Positions 18,233-28,196 are shown, counted from the stretch's first letter. The stretch: DNA of 64,000 nucleotides from Methanomassiliicoccales archaeon (GCA_040768245.1 JAXGNA010000010.1:2372-66371); one strand, 5' to 3'. Numbers and translations: made by a program. The notes: generated from the letters alone by a model not told the origin.

Positions 18233-19222
18233 TCACAGGCGATCGGCCACTCGTTCCGCGAACTCCATGGTCCCCAGCGTTCCGCCGAGGTCCCTGGTCC
18301 GGTCTCCCTCGGTAAGCGTCTGCACCAGAGCGGACTGCAACCGGCTGGCGGCGTCCATCTTCTTGAGGAATTCCAGCATCAGACAGGCCGATAGTATCGT
18401 CGCGGAGGGGTTGGCGACGCCCTTGCCGGCAATGTCCGGGGCGCTGCCGTGCACCGGCTCGAAGAGCCCGAAATGATCGCTCAGGTTGGCGGAAGGGGCC
18501 ATTCCCAGTCCTCCCGTCAATGCCGCTGCCTCGTCCGATAGGATGTCGCCATAAAGGTTCAAGGTGACGATGCACTGGAACTGCTTGGGCTTGGATATCA
18601 GGGCCGCGGCCACCGCGTCCACGATCATGTCCTCGGCCTCCATTCCGCTTCCGCTCATGACCTCATAGAAGACCTTCCGGAAAAGTCCGTCCGATCTCCT
18701 CAGTACGTTGGCCTTGTGCACGCAGGTGATCTTGTTGAAGCCCATGACCTTGGAGACCTTGATGGCCTTCTCCACGATCCGGCGGCAGCCCTTCTCGCTG
18801 ACCACCCTTTCCAGTATGACCGATCCGTCCTCCTCCCGTTCCCGGCCGGTGTACATGCCCTCGGTGTTCTCCCGGACGATCACCGCGTTCAGGTCCACCA
18901 CCTTGAACTCCGGGAGTATCGGGAAGCAGGGGCGGATGTTGGCATAGAGATCGAAATGCTTCCTCAGTTGCAAAAGCGGGGAGCGGTAGCAGGGGTCGGG
19001 CGTCACCGGGGAGGTTATGGCCCCGAACAGAACGGCCTTGGACGATTCGAGCGTCCTCAAGGTCTGGGCCGGCAGGTACTCGCCGGTCCTCTCGTAGCAG
19101 TCCAGGCCCATGTGGGCCTTGACGAACTCCAGGCCCAGGTCCATCTGCTCCAGGATGTGCATGGTGGCGCCCACCACCTCGGGGCCGATGCCGTCCCCGC
19201 CCATCACCGCCACCCGGGTCAT
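18233..19222 (-). CDS. Isocitrate/isopropylmalate dehydrogenase family protein
   Basis: GDGIGPEV, VRENTEG.Y, HKANV, NLYGDILSD, FEPVHGSAPDIAGKG.ANP. Confidence 0.93.
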   Translation of the reverse strand: MTRVAVMGGDGIGPEVVGATMHILEQMDLGLEFVKAHMGLDCYERTGEYLPAQTLRTLESSKAVLFGAITSPVTPDPCYRSPLLQLRKHFDLYANIRPCFPILPEFKVVDLNAVIVRENTEGMYTGREREEDGSVILERVVSEKGCRRIVEKAIKVSKVMGFNKITCVHKANVLRRSDGLFRKVFYEVMSGSGMEAEDMIVDAVAAALISKPKQFQCIVTLNLYGDILSDEAAALTGGLGMAPSANLSDHFGLFEPVHGSAPDIAGKGVANPSATILSACLMLEFLKKMDAASRLQSALVQTLTEGDRTRDLGGTLGTMEFAERVADRL

Positions 19223-20151
19223 CTCATCCGCTCGACAACGGAGGCGACCAGCATCGGCAGGGTGATGGTCGCGTCGCCCTCCACGTTAACCTGCCAAGCG
19301 TCCTCGCGGACCTTGCCCCAGGATATGGCCTCCCGCACCTGCGCACCGCTGAGGGAACCATCGTACTCCACCGCTGTGGTCATATAGACAGCGTAATCAA
19401 GACCGCCCCGGAACTGGTTCCACCAGATGACGTGGTGCTTGGAAATTCCTCCTCCGACGATGAGCGCGCCGCTGACCTCCGCCCTAAAGACCAGGCCGGA
19501 CAGCTCCTGCTCGTCCTCGAACAGGTCTATCTTGAGGTCACGGTGGGTCTGCCAGTACATCCAGAGCTGGCTGCCGAAGGACCCGTCGGTGATCCCGGGA
19601 ACGAATATGGGGATGCCGTTCCGATGAGCCCAGTAGAGCAGCGAGTCCTCGTTGTCCAAGCGCGCGCCCACCTGGTCAATGATCTCCCGGGTGGATATGG
19701 CCTGGCGTCCGGCCAGTATCTCCTCGAACATCGGAAGGAGGCGTTCTTCGAGCACCAGTCCGTAGCTCTCGTCCGGGACCAGCACGTTACCCAGGCGGTT
19801 CACGCCCTCCTCGCGCAGCTCGGCGTCGTCCATAGCGAAATCGCCGTGATAGTAGTCCTTCCAGGAGCGCGCAAGATCGTGGTCCAGGGTGCCGCAGGTG
19901 GTTATGACCACGTCCACCAGTTTGCGTTTGACCAGTTCCACGATCACGCCCCTGGTGCCGGTGGCCATGATGCAGGCCGGGAATGATAGGAAGGTAAGGC
20001 ACTTCTCGTCCTTCACCATCTTCTCCACGATGTCTATGGCGTCCGCCAGCTTCTTGGCGGTGAAACCGCCGGAATCGGACATGGCCCTGACCAGCTGGTC
20101 GACGGTCATGCCCTCGGTGACCTTGATGTCGCGTACCGCTCTCTCTTCCAT
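19219..20151 (-). CDS. dys: Deoxyhypusine synthase
   Basis: TGTRG, NRLGN, PGITDGSFG, GGGISKHH, DGSLSGA..REAISWGK. Start MEERAV. Confidence 0.95.
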   Translation of the reverse strand: MEERAVRDIKVTEGMTVDQLVRAMSDSGGFTAKKLADAIDIVEKMVKDEKCLTFLSFPACIMATGTRGVIVELVKRKLVDVVITTCGTLDHDLARSWKDYYHGDFAMDDAELREEGVNRLGNVLVPDESYGLVLEERLLPMFEEILAGRQAISTREIIDQVGARLDNEDSLLYWAHRNGIPIFVPGITDGSFGSQLWMYWQTHRDLKIDLFEDEQELSGLVFRAEVSGALIVGGGISKHHVIWWNQFRGGLDYAVYMTTAVEYDGSLSGAQVREAISWGKVREDAWQVNVEGDATITLPMLVASVVERMR

Positions 20152-20254
20152 GATGATCGTCCCTCCTATCCCCCGCGCCTTAAAATATATTGCCGCTGAA
20201 ACTCCGGAGGGGGTTAGCAAGCCCTTAATAATTAACCAAGACCTTATACTGGCA

Positions 20255-21430
20255 ATGGACACCAAACGCCTGGCGGTGCTCAGCGGCGGTTACATCGGAC
20301 CGCTCTCAGGCAACGCCGTGCTGGCCATGATACCGGTGCTCAAGATGGAGTTCGGGGCGAGCGCGGAGGAGATACTAGTGTCCATCACCTTCTTCATGCT
20401 GCCCTTCGCTTTCTTCAACCTGTTCTCCGGGACGGTGTCGGACGTCTACGGCCGCCGGAAGATGCTCAACATCGGCTTCCTGGTCTACGCCCTGGGCTGC
20501 GTGTTCTGCGTCCTCAGCTCCGACCTCATGTCCTTCTACCTCTCCCGCTCGGTGCAGGGGGTGGGCTACGCCTTCGTGAACCCGGTCCTACTGGCGGTGC
20601 TGGGGGACATGACCCCTCCCCAGGAGCGCGGCAAGGTCATGGGATATTTCGGGGCCTTCACCACCGCCGGGATCGCCACCGGACCCATGATCGCCGGGTT
20701 CCTCACTCCCTACGACTGGAGATGGATGTTCGTGCTGGTGGCCGTTCTGGCGGTCGCGGTCAGCTTCTGGATAAGGACCGCCTGCCCGGTCACCCGGCCG
20801 AACCCGGACGCATTGAGGCATCTGAAGGGCAACGTCAGGACCGCCGTGTCGAACAGGGCGGTAATAACCCTCTGCACGCTCGGTTTCCTGGCCTTCCTGT
20901 GCTACATGGGTGCCCTGGGCTTCCTCTCCGACCACCTCTCGATACCGCCCCTGTCCATGGACGAGGAGGCCGTGGGAATACTGGTGGGCATGAGCGGGGT
21001 GGCCGGCATGTTCGCCGCTCCCTTGGGCGGCCGCCTGGTGGACGCTAAAGGACGAACGTTCACCGCCACCATCGGTTTCCTGGTGGTGGGCGCGGCTTTC
21101 CTGGCCTTGTACTTCTCCTCGAACTGGGTCCATTTCGCCGGGTCCCTGCTGGTGTTCGGCACCGGCACGGCCTTCATCTGGGCCTCGCTTCTCACCATAA
21201 CCGTGGAGGTGATCCCGAGACTGAAGGGCACGGTGTCCTCGGTCTTCAACAGCACCCGCTTCTTTGGATACTCCCTGGCCCCCCTGGTGTTCGCCCCTAT
21301 CTATTTGCAGGGAGGCTTCGGCCTGCTGCTCCTGGTAGGCATGGTCATGACCATGGTCGCGCTGCCGGTGATACTCCTCCTGAAGGCTCAGCTCGACGCG
21401 TCCCATTCCGATAGGACCTCGGTCAGCTGA
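20255..21430 (+). CDS. MFS transporter (DHA1-like)
   Basis: GTVSDVYGRRK motif A; ~12 TM segments; start MDTKRL. Confidence 0.9.
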   Translation: MDTKRLAVLSGGYIGPLSGNAVLAMIPVLKMEFGASAEEILVSITFFMLPFAFFNLFSGTVSDVYGRRKMLNIGFLVYALGCVFCVLSSDLMSFYLSRSVQGVGYAFVNPVLLAVLGDMTPPQERGKVMGYFGAFTTAGIATGPMIAGFLTPYDWRWMFVLVAVLAVAVSFWIRTACPVTRPNPDALRHLKGNVRTAVSNRAVITLCTLGFLAFLCYMGALGFLSDHLSIPPLSMDEEAVGILVGMSGVAGMFAAPLGGRLVDAKGRTFTATIGFLVVGAAFLALYFSSNWVHFAGSLLVFGTGTAFIWASLLTITVEVIPRLKGTVSSVFNSTRFFGYSLAPLVFAPIYLQGGFGLLLLVGMVMTMVALPVILLLKAQLDASHSDRTSVS

Positions 21431-21972
21431 GCCCGGGTGTCCTCGATGGAGCCGCAGTTGTTCAGGACCTTCCAGCCCCGGGCGGCCAGGTCGAGGACCT
21501 TCCGGCGGACCTTCTCCAGAGATTCCAGGTTCTCGAACATCTCCCGTTCGTGCTCGCGCTCCTCGATGCGGCGCAATGCGCACTCCGGGGTCACGTCCAC
21601 CAACAGCAGTTTCCCCGGGATCGGGAGGACCTTGCAGAAGAACTCGTAACCTGGCACGTAGAGCGACCTGGGAAGGTAGGCCGTGGCCATCACGTAGCGG
21701 ACGAAGATCACCTTGTCCTGGTCCCTCCAGCCGCGAAGCCGGCGTAATGAGTTCAGTACGTCCAGGATGAAGAACACCGTGGCCACGGTGTGCATGAGCT
21801 TGCCCTGCGAGGTGAGCGACCTCCGGCTGAGGCGGCCGTACAGCGAATCGGAAGGATGCGTCCTGATCAGCACCTTATCTCCCCGGGAGCGGTAATGCGC
21901 GGCTATCCATTCCGCGACCGTGCTCTTTCCCGAGCCATCTATGCCGTCCACCACGATCAGTTCCATCCGCAT
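21388..21972 (-). CDS. tmk: Thymidylate kinase
   Basis: DGIDGSGKST P-loop, VRY (DRY variant), LDVTPE.ALRRI. Confidence 0.85.
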   Translation of the reverse strand: MRMELIVVDGIDGSGKSTVAEWIAAHYRSRGDKVLIRTHPSDSLYGRLSRRSLTSQGKLMHTVATVFFILDVLNSLRRLRGWRDQDKVIFVRYVMATAYLPRSLYVPGYEFFCKVLPIPGKLLLVDVTPECALRRIEEREHEREMFENLESLEKVRRKVLDLAARGWKVLNNCGSIEDTRAQLTEVLSEWDASS

Positions 21973-21975
21973 ACC

Positions 21976-22704
21976 TCAGATCCCCGCCAGGAACATGATC
22001 AGCGCCGTGGACAGGGGAATGACCAGATTATCGTATTCGCCCGGGGTGTACAGCTCCACCACCGCCACGTAGGCGCTCAGCCCGACCGCGGTGAGGAGGC
22101 TGATCGTCAACGGGATGGTCCTGGTGCCGTATAATCCCTCGGCGAAGAGGAAGTTGTAGTAATTGATTATCAGGAATATCGCCAAAGCTGCGAAGACGAA
22201 CACGGCGAGCGTCCCTTCCAGGGTCTTGTTGCCGTGGATCTTTCGCTTTCCGAAGGTCTTGCCGACCAGGCCGCCCATGCCGTCACCGTAGGCCATGCAC
22301 ACTATGCCGACCGAGGCGATCACCAGGTCGTTGAAGGCGAAGAAGGCCAGCAAGGTCCAGGAGATGGCGTAATAGACCAATCCCAGTTTGTGCCCGTCGT
22401 GCGAGGCGGTGGAGAGTATCGAACCCTTGAGGCCCTCCACCAGCTTGCTGTCGTCCTTCTCCTTCTTCCCCCCGTACTTGGAAAAAACCAGCAGCAGGGG
22501 GATGAAAGGCGCCGCTGCCAGTAGGGACATGACATAATTGGTATCGAAGACCCACCAGAACAACGCTATGTTGCCGATCATCACATGGATGAACTTGCGG
22601 TGGAACGAGTGGTCGCGAAGGAAGCGCGACCTGGTCGTGACGACCACCATGGCACCCACGTAGGCGTAGACCATTAACAGACCGAGAGCGTCGCCGCCTA
22701 TCAA
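21976..22704 (-). CDS. Polyprenol/dolichol/phytol kinase family membrane protein
   Basis: RKFIH, GLVYY, GDGMGGLVG..FG, KTLEG, DNL..P. Probable TTG start at 22704. Confidence 0.85.
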   Translation of the reverse strand: MIGGDALGLLMVYAYVGAMVVVTTRSRFLRDHSFHRKFIHVMIGNIALFWWVFDTNYVMSLLAAAPFIPLLLVFSKYGGKKEKDDSKLVEGLKGSILSTASHDGHKLGLVYYAISWTLLAFFAFNDLVIASVGIVCMAYGDGMGGLVGKTFGKRKIHGNKTLEGTLAVFVFAALAIFLIINYYNFLFAEGLYGTRTIPLTISLLTAVGLSAYVAVVELYTPGEYDNLVIPLSTALIMFLAGI

Positions 22705-22840
22705 AGCAATCCGTACCCAATGGCCTTGGAAATATTTAATATAAGGAGGGCTCCAGTAACTTGTTCCGGTCTGAATATCAAATTCGATTGGGCGAAAGAA
22801 CCTGATATATAGGCTATTTTTTAATGACCGTTGGGCGCCG

Positions 22841-23488
22841 ATGAACACCAGGGACCTCTCTCAATGCGGGAACCTCCGCAGGCAGCTAGGTGATGTCCCA
22901 CGACCGGGCCTCTACGTTCTGGACGCGACCTCCACCCATTTCGTGGTGGTCGAGCTGGTACTGCTGAAGGCGCTGATCGGGGAAGGGAACCCCGGGCTGT
23001 TCATCTCCGTGGACCGCCCGCACCAGTACATCGTTCATCTGCTGGACATGCACGGGATCGCCCACGACGGACTGCATTTCATCGACACCGTATCCCGGTT
23101 CTCCCGGGGCGAGACATACTGCCGGGAGGGCAGCGGCCTGTTCAGGGGTCCAAGCCACATCGACGAACTGCCCGTGGTCCTTGGGAATGGTTCGTTCGTC
23201 AGTAGTGGTCTCGACCTTACCAGGTTAAAGTTCGCGGTCATAGACAACGTCGCCATTCTGCTCATGTACAATGGCCGTCAGGCGGTGGAGGGCTTCCTCA
23301 GGGATTTCGCGCAGCTCCTGTCTGGGAGCGCGGCGGTGGTCCTGGTCATCGATCGGGTGAGATATTCCGACCTGTATGATACGGTCCTGTCGCTGGGGGG
23401 CAGGGAACTGCGGCTGGAGTCTGAACCGGGACGGGCGAAGGGCGGCGCCCAATGGGCGGAAGGTCCAAACGCACGAAGGGGGATTTGA
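22841..23488 (+). CDS. Degenerate RecA/KaiC-fold protein (no Walker A)
   Basis: GLFISVDRP, FIDTVS, AVIDNV.ILL.YN pattern typical of inactivated KaiC-like domains. Confidence 0.65.
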   Translation: MNTRDLSQCGNLRRQLGDVPRPGLYVLDATSTHFVVVELVLLKALIGEGNPGLFISVDRPHQYIVHLLDMHGIAHDGLHFIDTVSRFSRGETYCREGSGLFRGPSHIDELPVVLGNGSFVSSGLDLTRLKFAVIDNVAILLMYNGRQAVEGFLRDFAQLLSGSAAVVLVIDRVRYSDLYDTVLSLGGRELRLESEPGRAKGGAQWAEGPNARRGI

Positions 23489-23490
23489 TC

Positions 23491-24192
23491 ATGGAAGGGG
23501 ATAGAGCGCAAGGCACCGAAATGGAACGGATCCCGTCAGGCATACCGGGTCTGGACGAGCTCATCGAGAACGGTTTTCCGTTCCCATCGGTGATATTGGT
23601 ATCAGGAGCGACAGGGACCGGGAAGACCACGTTCTGCCTGCGTTTCCTCTGTCAAGGGGCGGAGCGGGGGGAGCGAGGACTTTTCTTCACCACTCTCAGC
23701 GAACCGGTTCACTGGATGCTCCGCTTCTCCTCGCAGTTCGGCTTCATGCGCCCGGAGTACATCGACCAGGACATCGTGTACGTGGACCTGGGCGACCTGA
23801 TCAGGTCCGGGGACCACGACAAGATCTTGGAAACCATCGACCGCAGCATCGCGGAGGTCATGCCGCAGCGCATAGTGATCGACCCCATCACCGTGGTGGG
23901 AGAGATGCTCAAGGAGGATTACCGCAGCTTCCTGTTCGACCTGACCAACCATCTCAAGCACTGGAACGCCACCACCCTGGTCACCGGGGAGGTCCGGCCC
24001 GGCGAGCTGTACCCCCCGGAGATCGCCTATACGGTCGATGGTATCGTTCTGCTCGTGCTAGGTGAGGAGCATGGGGACCGGCGGAAGTACCTGGAGGTGC
24101 TGAAAATGCGCGGGACCGCTCACAGCAGCGGCCGGCACTCCATCGACATCTCCCGCAAGGAGGGATTGGTGGTCCTCAAGGCCAGGTTCTGA
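23491..24192 (+). CDS. Single-domain KaiC/RAD55-like ATPase
   Basis: RIPSGIPGLDELIENG, GATGTGKTT, RIVIDP, VDGIV, LEVLKMRGT.H. Confidence 0.92.
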   Translation: MEGDRAQGTEMERIPSGIPGLDELIENGFPFPSVILVSGATGTGKTTFCLRFLCQGAERGERGLFFTTLSEPVHWMLRFSSQFGFMRPEYIDQDIVYVDLGDLIRSGDHDKILETIDRSIAEVMPQRIVIDPITVVGEMLKEDYRSFLFDLTNHLKHWNATTLVTGEVRPGELYPPEIAYTVDGIVLLVLGEEHGDRRKYLEVLKMRGTAHSSGRHSIDISRKEGLVVLKARF

Positions 24193-24340
24193 GCTCCGTC
24201 AAAGGGCTGAGACAGGACGTACGAACCCTTCGGTTAAACGACGCTCATTCGATGCCAGACTACGTTTTTCGTGGCCGATTATTACCTAAACGATTTATAT
24301 AGGTAGCCGTATTTAGGCTGGAATTTAAAGAGGCTTTTCA

Positions 24341-26494
24341 ATGCTAGACGATCCTCTGTACTATACAATACCGATCGCGGGCATCATAGGTCTCCTCTTC
24401 GCCGGATTCCTGACCTGGTGGGTTCTCAAGAAGGACACTGGTACTCCTGAGATGAAAGCCATCAGCGACGCCATCCGCGAGGGGGCCATGGCCTACCTTG
24501 CCCGACAGTACAAGACGATTGCCATCATCAGCGTCATATTGGGTGTCCTGATCACCATCGGGATCAACCTGTGGACCGGTGTGGCCTTCCTGGCCGGAGC
24601 GTTTTTCTCCGCTCTGTCCGGATACATCGGAATGTACGTGTCTGTGAGCTCGAACATCAGGACCGCGAGCGCCGCCAGGCGCTCCTTGAACGAAGCGCTC
24701 CTGACCTCCTTCCGCGGCGGCGCCGTTTCCGGAATCGCCGTGGTGGCCTTGAGCCTGTTGGGGGTCGCCGGGATATTCTTCGTTTACCAGGCGTATGTCG
24801 CCGTGGGCCCGGCCGAATCGGCCGTGCTGTACATGGACGCCCTGTTCCTCGCGGTCGGATACGCCTTCGGGGCTTCCTTCGCCGCGCTGTTCGCCCAGTT
24901 GGGCGGCGGTATCTACACCAAGGCCGCCGATGTCGGCGCTGACCTGGTTGGTAAGGTCGAGGCCGGAATTCCCGAGGACGACCCGCGCAACCCCGCCGTC
25001 ATCGCTGACCTGGTCGGCGACAACGTCGGCGACTGCGCCGGACGTGGGGCGGACCTGTTCGAGAGCACCGCCGCCGAGAACATCGGCGCCATGATCTTGG
25101 GTATCGCCATCTACGCGTTCACATTGCTCCCTGGAGGCCCCGAGCCGAACACTGGTTGGTTCATGTTCCCGCTCGTTGTGCGTGGCTTCGGTCTACTGGC
25201 CGGCCTGGTCGGTATCATGACCGTGCGCATGAGGAACGAGGACGAGAACCCGATGAAGGCCATCAACCGCGGCTATTACGTGACCTGTGTCATCGCGGCA
25301 ATATTGTTCTACATCGCTGTGGACCAGTTGTTAGCCGGTGAGATACTCTTCTTCGTCTGCGGTATGATCGGAATCGCTCTCAGCATAGTGATCGTCTACA
25401 TCACCCAGTACTACACCGCCGGCGAATATCGCCCGGTGAAGAAGATCGCCAAGGCCTCCGAGACCGGCCCGGCCACTAACATCATCACTGGTATCTCCAT
25501 CGGTATGGAGACCACCGCCATGTCGATTCTGGCCATCGCCATCGCCTTGATATCTTCCTACGAGCTCGGTGTCATGGCCTCGCCGGACGCCGCCCACGAG
25601 TTCATCTACGGTCTCTACGGAACCGCCGTGGCCACCATGGGCATGCTCGCCACCTGCGCCTTCGTGCTGGCCGAGGATACCTTCGGCCCTATCACGGACA
25701 ACGCCGGGGGCATCGTCGAGATGTCCGGCCAGCCTGAGGAGGTTCGCGTCAGGACCGACCGCCTGGACTCTATCGGAAACACCACCAAGGCCCTGACCAA
25801 GGGTTACGCCATGGGCGCCGCGGCCCTCGCCGCCTACCTGCTGTTCGGAGCGTTCTTCGAGCAGGTCGCCAAGATCCGCGGCGTGGACATCCTGGTCTTC
25901 TACAACAGCTTCACCGTGGACCTGTTGCAGCCGGTGGTCTTCATCTCCGCCATGATCGGCGCCATGCTGGTCTACCTGTTCACCTCGCTAGCCATTAGCG
26001 CGGTGGGCAAGGCCGCTGGTGACATGATCGCCGAGGTGCGCCGCCAGTTCAAGGAGAGGCCCGGCATTCTCGCTGGTACCGAGAAGCCGGACTACGCCAC
26101 CTGCGTGGACATCAGCACCAAGGGCGCCCTGAAGGCCATGATCCTGCCTGGTATACTGCCGGTGGTCGTGCCTGTCGCCCTGGGTCTGATCCTGAGGTAC
26201 GCCTACCCTGACGCCAACGATATGGCCGTCATGGGCGTCGGTGCCTTCCTGATGGTCGCCACCATCGCCGGTGTGCTCATGGCCCTCTTCCTGAACAACG
26301 GTGGAGGGGCCTGGGACAACGCCAAGAAGTACATCGAGTCCAAGGGTCTGAAGGGCACGCCTCAGCATGCCGCAGGCGTGGTGGGAGATACCGTCGGAGA
26401 TCCGTTCAAGGACACCGCCGGTCCCTCGCTCCACGTGCTGGTGAAGCTGCTGTCGACCATCACCCTGGTCTTCGCCGTGCTCTTCGTGGTCTGA
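24341..26494 (+). CDS. hppA: Membrane-bound ion-translocating pyrophosphatase (K+-independent H+-PPase signature)
   Basis: GGGIYTKAADVGADLVGKVEAGIPEDDPRNP, DNVGD, GNTTKA, GDTVGDPFKDT. Confidence 0.97.
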   Translation: MLDDPLYYTIPIAGIIGLLFAGFLTWWVLKKDTGTPEMKAISDAIREGAMAYLARQYKTIAIISVILGVLITIGINLWTGVAFLAGAFFSALSGYIGMYVSVSSNIRTASAARRSLNEALLTSFRGGAVSGIAVVALSLLGVAGIFFVYQAYVAVGPAESAVLYMDALFLAVGYAFGASFAALFAQLGGGIYTKAADVGADLVGKVEAGIPEDDPRNPAVIADLVGDNVGDCAGRGADLFESTAAENIGAMILGIAIYAFTLLPGGPEPNTGWFMFPLVVRGFGLLAGLVGIMTVRMRNEDENPMKAINRGYYVTCVIAAILFYIAVDQLLAGEILFFVCGMIGIALSIVIVYITQYYTAGEYRPVKKIAKASETGPATNIITGISIGMETTAMSILAIAIALISSYELGVMASPDAAHEFIYGLYGTAVATMGMLATCAFVLAEDTFGPITDNAGGIVEMSGQPEEVRVRTDRLDSIGNTTKALTKGYAMGAAALAAYLLFGAFFEQVAKIRGVDILVFYNSFTVDLLQPVVFISAMIGAMLVYLFTSLAISAVGKAAGDMIAEVRRQFKERPGILAGTEKPDYATCVDISTKGALKAMILPGILPVVVPVALGLILRYAYPDANDMAVMGVGAFLMVATIAGVLMALFLNNGGGAWDNAKKYIESKGLKGTPQHAAGVVGDTVGDPFKDTAGPSLHVLVKLLSTITLVFAVLFVV

Positions 26495-26496
26495 GC

Positions 26497-26528
26497 AAAA
26501 CCCCTTTCCATCCCTTTTCTTTTTTTTA
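26497..26528 (+). terminator. Pyrimidine/T-rich terminator after hppA
   Basis: AAAACCCCTTTCCATCCCTTTTCTTTTTTTT directly after the stop; similar AAACCC(C)TTT tracts follow genes at ~160 (+) and ~46350 (-). Confidence 0.6.
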
Positions 26529-26612
26529 TCCAGCATCCCGAACGCTTATATGCTCGGTGGTCAATCTTTATATAACAGATTTATCATGCCAAGGTAGTTA
26601 AGAGGATTCCTC

Positions 26613-27179
26613 ATGTACATGTTGACCCAAAGGGAAAAGGTAGTCCGCATCCCGCCCAGCAGGTTGGGCGACGACGTGGACGAGGTGGTCAATGAGCTGG
26701 CCCGCGAGTCCTACGAAGGTAAGATCGAGGGGGACGACTCGCTCACCGTCATGATCAAGAACATCGAGCCCGTCGGCGAGGGGCGCATCGTACACGGCGA
26801 CGGCGCCGTCTACCAGACCGTGAAGTTCGATTCCCTGGTCTTCAAGCCAATGGTCAACGAGGTCGTGGAGGGGCACGTTTGCGAGGTTCTCAAGTTCGGA
26901 GCGTTCGTGCGCTTCGGGCCCTTGGACGGACTTCTGCACGTGAGCCAGGTCATGGACGACCGCATGGACGCGGACGAACAGAACCAGAGGCTCATCGGCA
27001 AGGACACCAAGCGCGAGGTCAAGAACGGCGACCTGGTCCGCACCAGGATAGTCACCCTGTCCTTCAACGAGCGCAATCCCCGGGAGAGCAAGATCGGCCT
27101 GACCATGAGGCAGCCTGGCCTGGGTAAGAAGGAATGGCTGGCCGAGGACCGGGCCAAGAAAGGGGGTCAGGAGAAATGA
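26613..27179 (+). CDS. rpo7: RNA polymerase subunit Rpo7 (E')
   Basis: VRIPP, GDGA.Y, FGAFVRFGPLDGLLHVSQ, KIGLTMRQPGLGK.EW. Confidence 0.97.
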   Translation: MYMLTQREKVVRIPPSRLGDDVDEVVNELARESYEGKIEGDDSLTVMIKNIEPVGEGRIVHGDGAVYQTVKFDSLVFKPMVNEVVEGHVCEVLKFGAFVRFGPLDGLLHVSQVMDDRMDADEQNQRLIGKDTKREVKNGDLVRTRIVTLSFNERNPRESKIGLTMRQPGLGKKEWLAEDRAKKGGQEK

Positions 27180-27361
27180 AGGTGGCCAAGGCCTGCAAGG
27201 TCTGCTTCGCCATCACCGAGGAGGACAAGTGCCCGCTCTGCGGCGGCGAGACCTCCAAGGACTGGCAGGGCTACGTGGTCATAATCGACCACACCAAGTC
27301 CGAGATCGCAAAGAGGATGAACATTGACAAGAACGGAAAGTTCGCCCTCAAAGTGCGCTGA
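27176..27361 (+). CDS. spt4: Transcription elongation factor Spt4 (RpoE'')
   Basis: ACKVC..CPLCG, DWQGYVVI, SEIAK, G.FALKVR; ATGA overlap with rpo7. Confidence 0.95.
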   Translation: MKVAKACKVCFAITEEDKCPLCGGETSKDWQGYVVIIDHTKSEIAKRMNIDKNGKFALKVR

Positions 27362-27884
27362 TCTGGAGGTCCCCCCGAAAGGGTGGAGCATGCCGGACCG
27401 CATGAGGAACGAATTGGGAATGCCATTCGGGAGCCTTTTCAAGGGCGAGGACGTCCTTGCCGGGCTGTCCGGGTGTGACAGGGTCATAGCCGTGGGGGAC
27501 GTGGTCTCCAGCACCCTTATAAACAAGGGCGTCATCCCCCACCTGACCGTTTACGACCGGCGCAACGAGAGGAGGGAACTGGAGGCGGGCGAACATCCTG
27601 CCGACGACCTGCCGCTGCCGGAGACGAAAGTGGAGAACCCCCCCGGGTCGATAACCCCTGGACTGGTCAAGGCCATGAAGGATGGCCTGGAGTCCCCGGG
27701 CAAGACCAAGGTCCGGGTGATAGGGGAGGAGGACCTGGCCGCGCTGGTGTGCGCCGCCATAGCCCCGGCAGGGTCCTGCCTCGTGTACGGGCTCCCGGGA
27801 AAGGGAGTGGTGTTGGTGCACACCGACGCCAAGGTCAACCAGGCGGCGCAGAGACTGATACGCTCAATGGAGGTATTGAAGTGA
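27324..27884 (+). CDS. GTP-dependent dephospho-CoA kinase (DUF359); start uncertain, possibly ATG 27390
   Basis: VGDVV, NPPG.IT, GEEDL, YGLPG.G; conserved position between spt4 and rps24e. Confidence 0.9.
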   Translation: MTRTESSPSKCADLEVPPKGWSMPDRMRNELGMPFGSLFKGEDVLAGLSGCDRVIAVGDVVSSTLINKGVIPHLTVYDRRNERRELEAGEHPADDLPLPETKVENPPGSITPGLVKAMKDGLESPGKTKVRVIGEEDLAALVCAAIAPAGSCLVYGLPGKGVVLVHTDAKVNQAAQRLIRSMEVLK

Positions 27885-28186
27885 AGATCGAGATCGAGAG
27901 CAAGAAGCCCAACGCCCTGATGGACCGCACCGAGGTCACCTTCAAGGCAGACCACCGCGGAGAGGGTTCCCCCAAGAGGGCCGATGTGAAGGCCAAGCTG
28001 GCGGAGGCCCTGGCGGTAAGCAAGGACAAGGTCGTCATCGACCACATGGAGACCGAGTTCGGGACGGGCGTCAGTGCCGGGTACGCCAAGGTGTACGGCA
28101 GCGAGGAGTCGGCCAAGAAGTACGAGAAGAACTACTTGCAGGCCAGGAACGGGCTCGCTGAGAAGAAAGCGGTCAAGAAGAAGTGA
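27881..28186 (+). CDS. rps24e: 30S ribosomal protein S24e
   Basis: N.LM.R.EV.F, T.FG...GYAKVY; GTG start with GGAGG RBS. Confidence 0.95.
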   Translation: MKIEIESKKPNALMDRTEVTFKADHRGEGSPKRADVKAKLAEALAVSKDKVVIDHMETEFGTGVSAGYAKVYGSEESAKKYEKNYLQARNGLAEKKAVKKK

Positions 28187-28196
28187 GGTGTGATCC

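Noticed and set aside
23491-24192. Circadian clock kaiC
   Set aside because: Single domain, with no kaiA or kaiB nearby; it belongs to the broad archaeal KaiC/RAD55-like group.
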